A DNA stretch of 64,000 nucleotides from NCBI RefSeq assembly GCF_009914755.1, contig NC_060939.1; one strand, written 5' to 3'. The DNA comes from the human T2T-CHM13v2.0 reference genome, Homo sapiens. The notes beneath the pieces are model-generated. The model saw only the letters and a list, made by a program, of their open reading frames with translations, made no database searches and was not told the DNA's origin. Numbering within the stretch: the stretch's first letter is position 1; every line of letters begins with the position of its first letter. The position numbers and the translations under genes were made by a program. This document shows positions 11,370 to 26,000 of the stretch, piece by piece.

Positions 11370-14300
11370 CCATTTCATTCTATTCCTTTCCATTCCATTT
11401 CATTCCATTCCATTCCATTCGTGTCCATTCCACTCCAGTCCATTCCATTCGTGTCCATTCCATTCCAGTCCATTCCATTTGTGTCCACTGCATTCCATTC
11501 CACTCCATTCCATATTATTCCATTACACTCCATTCCATTCTATTACTTTCATTTCCATTCAATTCCATTCCATTTGATTCCATTCCACTCGGTTTCATTC
11601 CATTTGAGTCCACTCCATTCCATTCCATTCCATTCCATTCAGTTCCATTCCATTCTGTTCCATTCCATTCCGTTCCATTACATTCCATTCCATTCGGTAC
11701 CATTCCATATTGTTCCATTCGATTCCATTCGAATCCATTCCATTCCAGTCCATTCCATTCGATTCCATTCCATTCATTTCAATTCCATTCCATTCCATTC
11801 CATTCCATTCCACTTGATTCCTCTCCATTCCCTTCCACTGCATTCCGTTCGATTCCATTCCATTGCATTGCATTCCATTCCATTGGATTGCATTCCATTC
11901 GATTCCATTCCATTCGAATCAATTACATAGCAATCCATTACATTCGAGTCTATTCTCTTCCGTTCCATTCGATTTCGTTCCAATCCATTCGATTCCATTC
12001 CATTCGATTCCATTCCATACTATTGCATTCCATTCGATTACATTATATTCGAATAAGTTCCATTCAAGACCATTTCTTTTGAGTCCATTCTATTTGAGTC
12101 CATTCCCTTTGATTCCATAACATTTGAGTCCATTCAATTCCATTCCTTTCGTTTCCATTCCATTTGATGCCATTCCATTCAATTCTGTTCTACTCGACTC
12201 CAATACATTCAATTCCATTCCATCCGATTCCATTACATTCTTTTCATTTCTTATCCATTTCAAGCCATTCCACTCCATTCCATTCCACTCGTTTCCTTTC
12301 CATTCGAGTCCATTCCTCTCCAGTCCATTCCGTTCAATCCATTCCATTCCAGTCCATTCCATTCGAGTCCGTTCCATTCCAGTCCATTCCATTCGAGTCA
12401 ATTCCATCCCATTCGATGTCTTTCCATAACGATCCATTCCATTCTATTCCTTTCGATTCCATTCCATTCTATTTCATTCCATTCGATTCCCTTCCATTGG
12501 ACTCCTTTAAATTCGAGTGCATTCCATTCCGTTCCATTTCTTTCCGTTCTGTACGATTCCTACCGTTCGATTTCATTTTGTTCCAGTCCATTCCTTTCGC
12601 GTCCATTCCATTCCATTTCACTCCATTCGATTCCATTCCACTCGATTCCACTTCGTTCCATTTCATTGCATTCCATTCTATTCAACTCTATTGCCTTCCA
12701 TTCCATTCCATTCGATTACATTCCATGCGATTCCATTCGAAATCGAATCAATTACATTGCAATCCATTACTATTGAGTCCGTTTTATTCCAGTCCACTGC
12801 ATTCTGGTCCATTCCATTTGATTCCATTCCATTCTATTCCATTCCATACAGTTGCATTCCATTGGATTCCATGCTATATCTATAAATTCAATTCGAGACC
12901 ATTGCTTTTGAGTCCATTCTATATGATTCCATTCCATTCAAGTCCATTACATTTGGTTCAATTCCATTCCATTCCATTCCCTTCCATTACATTCCATTTG
13001 ATATCAATCCATTCGATTCCATTCCATTCGAGCACATTCCATTCGAGTCCATTCCATTCGATGCCATTCCATTTGATTCTATTCCATTAGTCTCCATTCA
13101 ATTCCATTAATCTCCATTCCATTCCATTCTACTCCAACTGATTCCATTCCATTCTATTCCTTTCCATTCCATTTCATTCCATTCCATTCCATTTCATTCC
13201 ATTCCATTCCATTCGTGTCCATTCCACTCCAGTCCATTCCATTCGTGTCCATTCCATTCCAGTCCATTCCATTTGTGTCCACTGCATTCCATTCCACTCC
13301 ATTCCATATTATTCCATTACACTCCATTCCATTCTATTACTTTCATTTCCATTCAATTCCATTCCATTTGATTCCATTCCACTCGGTTTCATTCCATTTG
13401 AGTCCACTCCATTCCATTCCATTCCATTCCATTCAGTTCCTTTCCATTCTGTTCCATTCCATTCCGTTCCATTACATTCCATTCCATTCGGTACCATTCC
13501 ATATTGTTCCATTCGATTCCATTCGAATCCATTCCATTCCAGTCCATTCCATTCGATTCCATTCCATTCATTTCAATTCCATTCCATTCCATTCCATTAC
13601 ATTCCACTTGATTCCTCTCCATTCCCTTCCACTGCATTCCGTTCGATTCCATTCCATTGCATTGCATTCCATTCCATTGGATTGCATTCCTTTCGATTCC
13701 ATTCCATTCGAATCAATTACATAGCAATCCATTACATTCGAGTCTATTCTCTTCCGTTCCATTCGATTTCGTTCCAATCCATTCGATTCCATTCCATTCG
13801 ATTCCATTCCATACTATTGCATTCCATTCGATTACATTATATTCGAATAAGTTCCATTCAAGACCATTTCTTTTGAGTCCATTCTATTTGAGTCCATTCC
13901 CTTTGATTCCATAACATTTGAGTCCATTCAATTCCATTCCTTTCGTTTCCATTCCATTTGATGCCATTCCATTCAATTCTGTTCTACTCGACTCCAATAC
14001 ATTCAATTCCATTCCATCCGATTCCATTACATTCTTTTCATTTCTTATCCATTTCAAGCCATTCCACTCCATTCCATTCCACTCGTTTCCTTTCCATTCG
14101 AGTCCATTCCTCTCCAGTCCATTCCGTTCAATCCATTCCATTCCAGTCCATTCCATTCGAGTCCGTTCCATTCCAGTCCATTCCATTCGAGTCAATTCCA
14201 TCCCATTCGATGTCTTTCCATAACGATCCATTCCATTCTATTCCTTTTGATTCCATTCCATTCTATTTCATTCCATTCGATTCCCTTCCATTGGACTCCT

Positions 14301-17300
14301 TTCCATTCGAGTGCATTCCATTCCGTTCCATTTCTTTCCGTTCTGTACGATTCCTACCGTTCGATTTCATTTTGTTCCAGTCCATTCCTTTCGCGTCCAT
14401 TCCATTCCATTTCACTCCATTCGATTCCATTCCACTCGATTCCACTTCGTTCCATTTCATTGCATTCCATTCTATTCAACTCTATTGCCTTCCATTCCAT
14501 TCCATTCGATTACATTCCATGCGATTCCATTCGAAATCGAATCAATTACATTGCAATCCATTACTATTGAGTCCGTTTTATTCCAGTCCACTGCATTCTG
14601 GTCCATTCCATTTGATTCCATTCCATTCTATTCCATTCCATACAGTTGCATTCCATTGGATTCCATGCTATATCTATAAATTCAATTCGAGACCATTGCT
14701 TTTGAGTCCATTCTATATGATTCCATTCCATTCAAGTCCATTACATTTGGTTCAATTACATTCCATTCCATTCCCTTCCATTCCATTCCATTTGATATCA
14801 ATCCATTCGATTCCATTCCATTCGAGCACATTCCATTCCACTCCATTCCATTCGATGCCATTCCATTTGATTCTATTCCATTAGTCTCCATTCAATTCCA
14901 TTAATCTCCATTCCATTCCATTCTACTCCAACTGATTCCATTTCATTCTATTCCTTTCCATTCCATTTCATTCCATTCCATTCCATTCGTGTCCATTCCA
15001 CTCCAGTCCATTCCATTCGTGTCCATTCCATTCCAGTCCATTCCATTTGTGTCCACTGCATTCCATTCCACTCCATTCCATATTATTCCATTACACTCCA
15101 TTCCATTCTATTACTTTCATTTCCATTCAATTCCATTCCATTTGATTCCATTCCACTCGGTTTCATTCCATTTGAGTCCACTCCATTCCATTCCATTCCA
15201 TTCCATTCAGTTCCATTCCATTCTGTTCCATTCCATTCCGTTCCATTACATTCCATTCCATTCGGTACCATTCCATATTGTTCCATTCGATTCCATTCGA
15301 ATCCATTCCATTCCAGTCCATTCCATTCGATTCCATTCCATTCATTTCAATTCCATTCCATTCCATTCCATTACATTCCACTTGATTCCTCTCCATTCCC
15401 TTCCACTGCATTCCGTTCGATTCCATTCCATTGCATTGCATTCCATTCCATTGGATTGCATTCCATTCCATTCCATTCCATTCGAATCAATTACATAGCA
15501 ATCCATTACATTCGAGTCTATTCTCTTCCGTTCCATTCGATTTCGTTCCAATCCATTCGATTCCATTCCATTCGATTCCATTCCATACTATTGCATTCCA
15601 TTCGATTAGATTATATTCGAATAAGTTCCATTCAAGACCATTTCTTTTGAGTCCATTCTATTTGAGTCCATTCCCTTTGATTCCATAACATTTGAGTCCA
15701 TTCAATTCCATTCCTTTCGTTTCCATTCCATTTGATGCCATTCCATTCAATTCTGTTCTACTCGACTCCAATACATTCAATTCCATTCCATCCGATTCCA
15801 TTACATTCTTTTCATTTCTTATCCATTTCAAGCCATTCCACTCCATTCCATTCCACTCGTTTCCTTTCCATTCGAGTCCATTCCTCTCCAGTCCATTCCG
15901 TTCAATCCATTCCATTCCAGTCCATTCCATTCGAGTCCGTTCCATTCCAGTCCATTCCATTCGAGTCAATTCCATTCCATTCGATGTCTTTCCATAACGA
16001 TCCATTCCATTCTATTCCTTTCGATTCCATTCCATTCTATTTCATTCCATTCGATTCCCTTCCATTGGACTCCTTTCCATTCGATTGCATTCCATTCCGT
16101 TCCATTTCTTTCCGTTCTGTACGATTCCTACCGTTCGATTTCATTTTGTTCCAGTCCATTCCTTTCGCGTCCATTCCATTCCATTTCACTCCATTCGATT
16201 CCATTCCACTCGATTCCACTTCGTTCCATTTCATTGCATTCCATTCTATTCAACTCTATTGCCTTCCATTCCATTCCATTCGATTACATTCCATGCGATT
16301 CCATTCGAAATCGAATCAATTACATTGCAATCCATTACTATTGAGTCCGTTTTATTCCAGTCCACTGCTTTCTGGTCCATTCCATTTGATTCCATTCCAT
16401 TCTATTCCATTCCATACAGTTGCATTCCATTGGATTCCATGCTATATCTATAAATTCAATTCGAGACCATTGCTTTTGAGTCCATTCTATATGATTCCAT
16501 TCCATTCAAGTCCATTACATTTGGTTCAATTCCATTCCATTCCATTCCCTTCCATTACATTCCATTTGATATCAATCCATTCGATTCCATTCCATTCGAG
16601 CACATTCCATTCGAGTCCATTCCATTCGATGCCATTCCATTTGATTCTATTCCATTAGTCTCCATTCAATTCCATTAATCTCCATTCCATTCCATTCTAC
16701 TCCAACTGATTCCATTCCATTCTATTCCTTTCCATTCCATTTCATTCCATTCCATTCCATTTCATTCCATTCCATTCCATTCGTGTCCATTCCACTCCAG
16801 TCCATTCCATTCGTGTCCATTCCATTCCAGTCCATTCCATTTGTGTCCACTGCATTCCATTCCACTCCATTCCATATTATTCCATTACACTCCATTCCAT
16901 TCTATTACTTTCATTTCCATTCAATTCCATTCCATTTGATTCCATTCCACTCGGTTTCATTCCATTTGAGTCCACTCCATTCCATTCCATTCCATTCCAT
17001 TCAGTTCCATTCCATTCTGTTCCATTCCATTCCGTTCCATTACATTCCATTCCATTCGGTACCATTCCATATTGTTCCATTCGATTCCATTCGAATCCAT
17101 TCCATTCCAGTCCATTCCATTCGATTCCATTCCATTCATTTCAATTCCATTCCATTCCATTCCATTCCATTCCACTTGATTCCTCTCCATTCCCTTCCAC
17201 TGCATTCCGTTCGATTCCATTCCATTGCATTGCATTCCATTCCATTGGATTGCATTCCATTCGATTCCATTCCATTCGAATCAATTACATAGCAATCCAT

Positions 17301-19700
17301 TACATTCGAGTCTATTCTCTTCCGTTCCATTCGATTTCGTTCCAATCCATTCGATTCCATTCCATTCGATTCCATTCCATACTATTGCATTCCATTCGAT
17401 TACATTATATTCGAATAAGTTCCATTCAAGACCATTTCTTTTGAGTCCATTCTATTTGAGTCCATTCCCTTTGATTCCATAACATTTGAGTCCATTCAAT
17501 TCCATTCCTTTCGTTTCCATTCCATTTGATGCCATTCCATTCAATTCTGTTCTACTCGACTCCAATACATTCAATTCCATTCCATCCGATTCCATTACAT
17601 TCTTTTCATTTCTTATCCATTTCAAGCCATTCCACTCCATTCCATTCCACTCGTTTCCTTTCCATTCGAGTCCATTCCTCTCCAGTCCATTCCGTTCAAT
17701 CCATTCCATTCCAGTCCATTCCATTCGAGTCCGTTCCATTCCAGTCCATTCCATTCGAGTCAATTCCATCCCATTCGATGTCTTTCCATAACGATCCATT
17801 CCATTCTATTCCTTTTGATTCCATTCCATTCTATTTCATTCCATTCGATTCCCTTCCATTGGACTCCTTTCCATTCGAGTGCATTCCATTCCGTTCCATT
17901 TCTTTCCGTTCTGTACGATTCCTACCGTTCGATTTCATTTTGTTCCAGTCCATTCCTTTCGCGTCCATTCCATTCCATTTCACTCCATTCGATTCCATTC
18001 CACTCGATTCCACTTCGTTCCATTTCATTGCATTCCATTCTATTCAACTCTATTGCCTTCCATTCCATTCCATTCGATTACATTCCATGCGATTCCATTC
18101 GAAATCGAATCAATTACATTGCAATCCATTACTATTGAGTCCGTTTTATTCCAGTCCACTGCATTCTGGTCCATTCCATTTGATTCCATTCCATTCTATT
18201 CCATTCCATACAGTTGCATTCCATTGGATTCCATGCTATATCTATAAATTCAATTCGAGACCATTGCTTTTGAGTCCATTCTATATGATTCCATTCCATT
18301 CAAGTCCATTACATTTGGTTCAATTCCATTCCATTCCATTCCCTTCCATTCCATTCCATTTGATATCAATCCATTCGATTCCATTCCATTCGAGCACATT
18401 CCATTCCACTCCATTCCATTCGATGCCATTCCATTTGATTCTATTCCATTAGTCTCCATTCAATTCCATTAATCTCCATTCCATTCCATTCTACTCCAAC
18501 TGATTCCATTTCATTCTATTCCTTTCCATTCCATTTCATTCCATTCCATTCCATTCGTGTCCATTCCACTCCAGTCCATTCCATTCGTGTCCATTCCATT
18601 CCAGTCCATTCCATTTGTGTCCACTGCATTCCATTCCACTCCATTCCATATTATTCCATTACACTCCATTCCATTCTATTACTTTCATTTCCATTCAATT
18701 CCATTCCATTTGATTCCATTCCACTCGGTTTCATTCCATTTGAGTCCACTCCATTCCATTCCATTCCATTCCATTCAGTTCCATTCCATTCTGTTCCATT
18801 CCATTCCGTTCCATTACATTCCATTCCATTCGGTACCATTCCGTATTGTTCCATTCGATTCCATTCGAATCCATTCCATTCCAGTCCATTCCATTCGATT
18901 CCATTCCATTCATTTCAATTCCATTCCATTCCATTCCATTCCATTCCACTTGATTCCTCTCCATTCCCTTCCACTGCATTCCGTTCGATTCCTTTCCATT
19001 GCATTGCATTCCATTCCATTGGATTGCATTCCATTCCATTCCATTCCATTCGAATCAATTACATAGCAATCCATTACATTCGAGTCTATTCTATTCCGTT
19101 CCATTCGATTTCGTTCCAATCCATTCGATTCCATTCCATTCGATTCCATTCCATACTATTGCATTCCATTCGATTAGATTATATTCGAATAAGTTCCATT
19201 CAAGACCATTTCTTTTGAGTCCATTCTATTTGAGTCCATTCCCTTTGATTCCATAACATTTGAGTCCATTCAATTCCATTCCTTTCGTTTCCATTCCATT
19301 TGATGCCATTCCATTCAATTCTGTTCTACTCGACTCCAATACATTCAATTCCATTCCATCCGATTCCATTACATTCTTTTCATTTCTTATCCATTTCAAG
19401 CCATTCCACTCCATTCCATTCCACTCGTTTCCTTTCCATTCGAGTCCATTCCTCTCCAGTCCATTCCGTTCAATCCATTCCATTCCAGTCCATTCCATTC
19501 GAGTCCGTTCCATTCCAGTCCATTCCATTCGAGTCAATTCCATTCCATTCGATGTCTTTCCATAACGATCCATTCCATTCTATTCCTTTCGATTCCATTC
19601 CATTCTATTTCATTCCATTCGATTCCCTTCCATTGGACTCCTTTCCATTCGATTGCATTCCATTCCGTTCCATTTCTTTCCGTTCTGTACGATTCCTACC
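11370..19700 (+). repeat. Local 2-monomer higher-order repeat, period 3568 bp (1794+1774)
   Basis: A 20-bp deletion lies before anchors 11421, 14989 and 18557. Variant pairs 3568 bp apart include 12989/16557, about 14247/17815, 15608/19176 and 16085/19653. Confidence 0.85.
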
Positions 19701-20099
19701 GTTCGATTTCATTTTGTTCCAGTCCATTCCTTTCGCGTCCATTCCATTCCATTTCACTCCATTCGATTCCATTCCACTCGATTCCACTTCGTTCCATTTC
19801 ATTGCATTCCATTCTATTCAACTCTATTGCCTTCCATTCCATTCCATTCGATTACATTCCATGCGATTCCATTCGAAATCGAATCAATTACATTGCAATC
19901 CATTACTATTGAGTCCGTTTTATTCCAGTCCACTGCATTCTGGTCCATTCCATTTGATTCCATTCCATTCTATTCCATTCCATACAGTTGCATTCCATTG
20001 GATTCCATGCTATATCTATAAATTCAATTCGAGACCATTGCTTTTGAGTCCATTCTATATGATTCCATTCCATTCAAGTCCATTACATTTGGTTCAATT

Positions 20100-23000
20100 C
20101 CATTCCATTCCATTCCGTTCCATTCCATTCCATTTGATATCAATCCATTCGATTCCATTCCATTCGAGCATATTCCATTCGAGTCCATTCCATTCGATGC
20201 CATTCCATTTGATTCTATTCCATTAGTCTCCATTCAATTCCATTAATCTCCATTCCATTCCATTCTACTCCAACTGATTCCATTCCATTCTATTCCTTTC
20301 CATTCCATTTCATTCCATTCCATTCCATTGCATTCCATTCCATTCCATTCGTGTCCATTCCACTCCAGTCCATTCCATTCATGTCCATTCCATTCCAGTC
20401 CATTCCATTTGTGTCCACTGCATTCCATTCCACTCCATTCCATATTATTCCATTACACTCCATTCCATTCTATTACTTTCATTTCCATTCAATTCCATTC
20501 CATTTGATTCCATTCCACTCGGTTTCATTCCATTTGAGTCCACTCCATTCCATTCCATTCCATTCCATTCAGTTCCATTCCATTCTGTTCCACTCCATTC
20601 CGTTCCATTACATTCCATTCCATTCGGTACCATTCCATATTGTTCCATTCGATTCCATTCGAATCCATTCCATTCCAGTCCATTCCATTCGATTCCATTC
20701 CATTCATTTCAATTCCATTCCATTCCATTCCATTACATTCCACTTGATTCCTCTCCATTCCCTTCCACTGCATTCCGTTCGATTCCATTCCATTGCATTG
20801 CATTCCATTCCATTGGATTGCATTCCTTTCGATTCCATTCCATTCGAATCAATTACATAGCAATCCATTACATTCGAGTCTATTCTCTTCCGTTCCATTC
20901 GATTTCGTTCCAATCCATTCGATTCCATTCCATTCGATTCCATTCCATACTATTGCATTCCATTCGATTACATTATATTCGAATAAGTTCCATTCAAGAC
21001 CATTTCTTTTGAGTCCATTCTATTTGAGTCCATTCCCTTTGATTCCATAACATTTGAGTCCATTCAATTCCATTCCTTTCGTTTCCATTCCATTTGATGC
21101 CATTCCATTCAATTCTGTTCTACTCGACTCCAATACATTCAATTCCATTCCATCCGATTCCATTACATTCTTTTCATTTCTTATCCATTTCAAGCCATTC
21201 CACTCCATTCCATTCCACTCGTTTCCTTTCCATTCGAGTCCATTCCTCTCCAGTCCATTCCGTTCAATCCATTCCATTCCAGTCCATTCCATTCGAGTCC
21301 GTTCCATTCCAGTCCATTCCATTCGAGTCAATTCCATCCCATTCGATGTCTTTCCATAACGATCCATTCCATTCTATTCCTTTCGATTCCATTCCATTCT
21401 ATTTCATTCCATTCGATTCCCTTCCATTGGACTCCTTTCCATTCGAGTGCATTCCATTCCGTTCCATTTCTTTCCGTTCTGTACGATTCCTACCGTTCGA
21501 TTTCATTTTGTTCCAGTCCATTCCTTTCGCGTCCATTCCATTCCATTTCACTCCATTCGATTCCATTCCACTCGATTCCACTTCGTTCCATTTCATTGCA
21601 TTCCATTCTATTCAACTCTATTGCCTTCCATTCCATTCCATTCGATTACATTCCATGCGATTCCATTCGAAATCGAATCAATTACATTGCAATCCATTAC
21701 TATTGAGTCCGTTTTATTCCAGTCCACTGCATTCTGGTCCATTCCATTTGATTCCATTCCATTCTATTCCATTCCATACAGTTGCATTCCATTGGATTCC
21801 ATGCTATATCTATAAATTCAATTCGAGACCATTGCTTTTGAGTCCATTCTATATGATTCCATTCCATTCAAGTCCATTACATTTGGTTCAATTCCATTCC
21901 ATTCCATTCCCTTCCATTCCATTCCATTTGATATCAATCCATTCGATTCCATTCCATTCGAGCACATTCCATTCGAGTCCATTCCATTCGATGCCATTCC
22001 ATTTGATTCTATTCCATTAGTCTCCATTCAATTCCATTAATCTCCATTCCATTCCATTCTACTCCAACTGATTCCATTCCATTCTATTCCTTTCCATTCC
22101 ATTTCATTCCATTCCATTCCATTTCATTCCATTCCATTCCATTCGTGTCCATTCCACCCCAGTCCATTCCATTCGTGTCCATTCCATTCCAGTCCATTCC
22201 ATTTGTGTCCACTGCATTCCATTCCACTCCATTCCATATTATTCCATTACACTCCATTCCATTCTATTACTTTCATTTCCATTCAATTCCATTCCATTTG
22301 ATTCCATTCCACTCGGTTTCATTCCATTTGAGTCCACTCCATTCCATTCCATTCCATTCCATTCAGTTCCATTCCATTCTGTTCCATTCCATTCCGTTCC
22401 ATTACATTCCATTCCATTCGGTACCATTCCATATTGTTCCATTCGATTCCATTCGAATCCATTCCATTCCAGTCCATTCCAATCGATTCCATTCCATTCA
22501 TTTCAATTCCATTCCATTCCATTCCATTACATTCCACTTGATTCCTCTCCATTCCCTTCCACTGCATTCCGTTCGATTCCATTCCATTGGATTGCATTCC
22601 ATTCGATTCCATTCCATTCGAATCAATTACACAGCAATCCATTACTTTCGAGTCTATTCTATTCCGTTCCATTCGATTTCGTTCCAATCCATTCGACTCC
22701 ATTCCATTCGATTCCATTCCATACTATTGCATTCCATTCGATTACATTATATTCGAATAAGTTCCATTCAAGACCATTTCTTTTGAGTCCATTCTATTTG
22801 AGTCCATTCCCTTTGATTCCATAACATTTGAGTCCATTCAATTCCATTCCTTTCGTTTCCATTCCATTTGATGCCATTCCATTCAATTCTGTTCTACTCG
22901 ACTCCAATACATTCAATTCCATTCCATCCGATTCCATTACATTCTTTTCATTTCTTATCCATTTCAAGCCATTCCACTCCATTCCATTCCACTCGTTTCC

Positions 23001-26000
23001 TTTCCATTCGCGTCCATTCCTCTCCAGTCCATTCCGTTCAATCCATTCCATTCCAGTCCATTCCATTCGAGTCCGTTCCATTCCAGTCCATTCCATTCGA
23101 GTCAATTCCATCCCATTCGATGTCTTTCCATAACGATCCATTCCATTCTATTCCTTTCGATTCCATTCCATTCTATTTTATTCCATTCGATTCCCTTCCA
23201 TTGGACTCCTTTCCATTCGAGTGCATTCCATTCCGTTCCATTTCTTTCCGTTCTGTACGATTCCTACCGTTCGATTTCATTTTGTTCCAGTCCATTCCTT
23301 TCGCGTCCATTCCATTCCATTTCACTCCATTCGATTCCATTCCACTCGATTCCACTTCGTTCCATTTCATTGCATTCCATTCTATTCAACTCTATTGCCT
23401 TCCATTCCATTCCATTCGATTACATTCCATGCGATTCCATTCGAAATCGAATCAATTACATTGCAATCCATTACTATTGAGTCCGTTTTATTCCAGTCCA
23501 CTGCATTCTGGTCCATTCCATTTGATTCCATTCCATTCTATTCCATTCCATACAGTTGCATTCCATTGGATTCCATGCTATATCTATAAATTCAATTCGA
23601 GACCATTGCTTTTGAGTCCATTCTATATGATTCCATTCCATTCAAGTCCATTACATTTGGTTCAATTCCATTCCATTCCATTCCCTTCCATTCCATTCCA
23701 TTTGATATCAATCCATTCGATTCCATTCCATTCGAGCACATTCCATTCGAGTCCATTCCATTCGATGCCATTCCATTTGATTCTATTCCATTAGTCTCCA
23801 TTCAATTCCATTAATCTCCATTCCATTCCATTCTACTCCAACTGATTCCATTCCATTCTATTCCTTTCCATTCCATTTCATTCCATTCCATTCCATTTAA
23901 TTCCATTCCATTCCATTCGTGTCCATTCCACTCCAGTCCATTCCATTCGTGTCCATTCCATTCCAGTCCATTCCATTTGTGTCCACTGCATTCCATTCCA
24001 CTCCATTCCATATTATTCCATTACACTCCATTCCATTCTATTACTTTCATTTCCATTCAATTCCATTCCATTTGATTCCATTCTACTCGGTTTCATTCCA
24101 TTTGAGTCCACTCCATTCCATTCCATTCCATTCCATTCAGTTCCATTCCATTCTGTTCCATTCCATTCCTTTCCATTACATTCCATTCCATTCGGTACCA
24201 TTCCATATTGTTCCATTCGATTCCATTCGAATCCATTCCATTCCAGTCCATTCCATTCGATTCCATTCCATTCATTTCAATTCCATTCCATTCCATTCCA
24301 TTCCATTACATTCCACTTGATTCCTCTCCATTCCCTTCCACTGCATTCCGTTCGATTCCATTCCATTGCATTGCATTCCATTCCATTGGATTGCATTCCA
24401 TTCGATTCCATTCCATTCGAATCAATTACATAGCAATCCATTACATTCGAGTCTATTCTATTCCGTTCCATTCGATTTCGTTCCAATCCATTCGATTCCA
24501 TTCCATTCGATTCCATTCCATACTATTGCATTCCATTCGATTACATTATATTCGAATAAGTTCCATTCAAGACCATTTCTTTTGAGTCCATTCTATTTGA
24601 GTCCATTCCCTTTGATTCCATAACATTTGAGTCCATTCAATTCCATTCCTTTCGTTTCCATTCCATTTGATGCCATTCCATTCAATTCTGTTCTACTCGA
24701 CTCCAATACATTCAATTCCATTCCATCCGATTCCATTACATTCTTTTCATTTCTTATCCATTTCAAGCCATTCCACTCCATTCCATTCCACTCGTTTCCT
24801 TTCCATTCGAGTCCATTCCTCTCCAGTCCATTCCGTTCAATCCATTCCATTCCAGTCCATTCCATTCGAGTCCGTTCCATTCCAGTCCATTCCATTCGAG
24901 TCAATTCCATTCCATTCGATGTCTTTCCATAACGATCCATTCCATTCTATTCCTTTCGATTCCATTCCATTCTATTTCATTCCATTCGATTCCCTTCCAT
25001 TGGACTCCTTTCCATTCGAGTGCATTCCATTCCTTTCCATTTCTTTCCGTTCTGTACGATTCGTACCGTTCGATTTCATTTTGTTCCAGTCCATTCCTTT
25101 CGCGTCCATTCCATTCCATTTCACTCCATTCGATTCCATTCCACTCGATTCCACTTCGTTCCATTTCATTGCATTCCATTCTATTCAACTCTATTGCCTT
25201 CCATTCCATTCCATTCGATTACATTCCATGCGATTCCATTCGAAATCGAATCAATTACATTGCAATCCATTACTATTGAGTCCGTTTTATTCCAGTCCAC
25301 TGCATTCTGTTCCATTCCATTTGATTCCCTTCCATTCTATTCCATTCCATACAGTTGCATTCCATTGGATTCATGCTATATCTATAAATTCAATTCGAGA
25401 CCATTGCTTTTGAGTCCATTCTATATGATTCCATTCCATTCAAGTCCATTACATTTGGTTCAATTCCATTCCATTCCATTCCCTTCCATTCCATTCCATT
25501 TGATATCAATCCATTCGATTCCATTCCATTCGAGCACATTCCATTCGAGTCCATTCCATTCGATGCCATTCCATTTGATTCTATTCCATTAGTCTCCATT
25601 CAATTCCATTAATCTCCATTCCATTCCATTCTACTCCAACTGATTCCATTCCATTCTATTCCTTTCCATTCCATTTCATTCCATTCCATTCCATTTCATT
25701 CCATTCCATTCCATTCGTGTCCATTCCACTCCAGTCCATTCCATTCGTGTCCATTCCATTCCAGTCCATTCCATTTGTGTCCACTGCATTCCATTCCACT
25801 CCATTCCATATTATTCCATTACACTCCATTCCATTCTATTACTTTCATTTCCATTCAATTCCATTCCATTTGATTCCATTCCACTCGGTTTCATTCCATT
25901 TGAGTCCACTCCATTCCATTCCATTCCATTCCATTCAGTTCCATTCCATTCTGTTCCATTCCATTCCGTTCCATTACATTCCATTCCATTCGGTACCATT

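Noticed and set aside
11370-19700. 3568-bp period resembling the ~3.6-kb DYZ1 unit of chromosome Y
   Set aside because: Here the period is two near-identical 1.8-kb monomers and is only local; the basic period is 1794 bp, so the size match looks coincidental.
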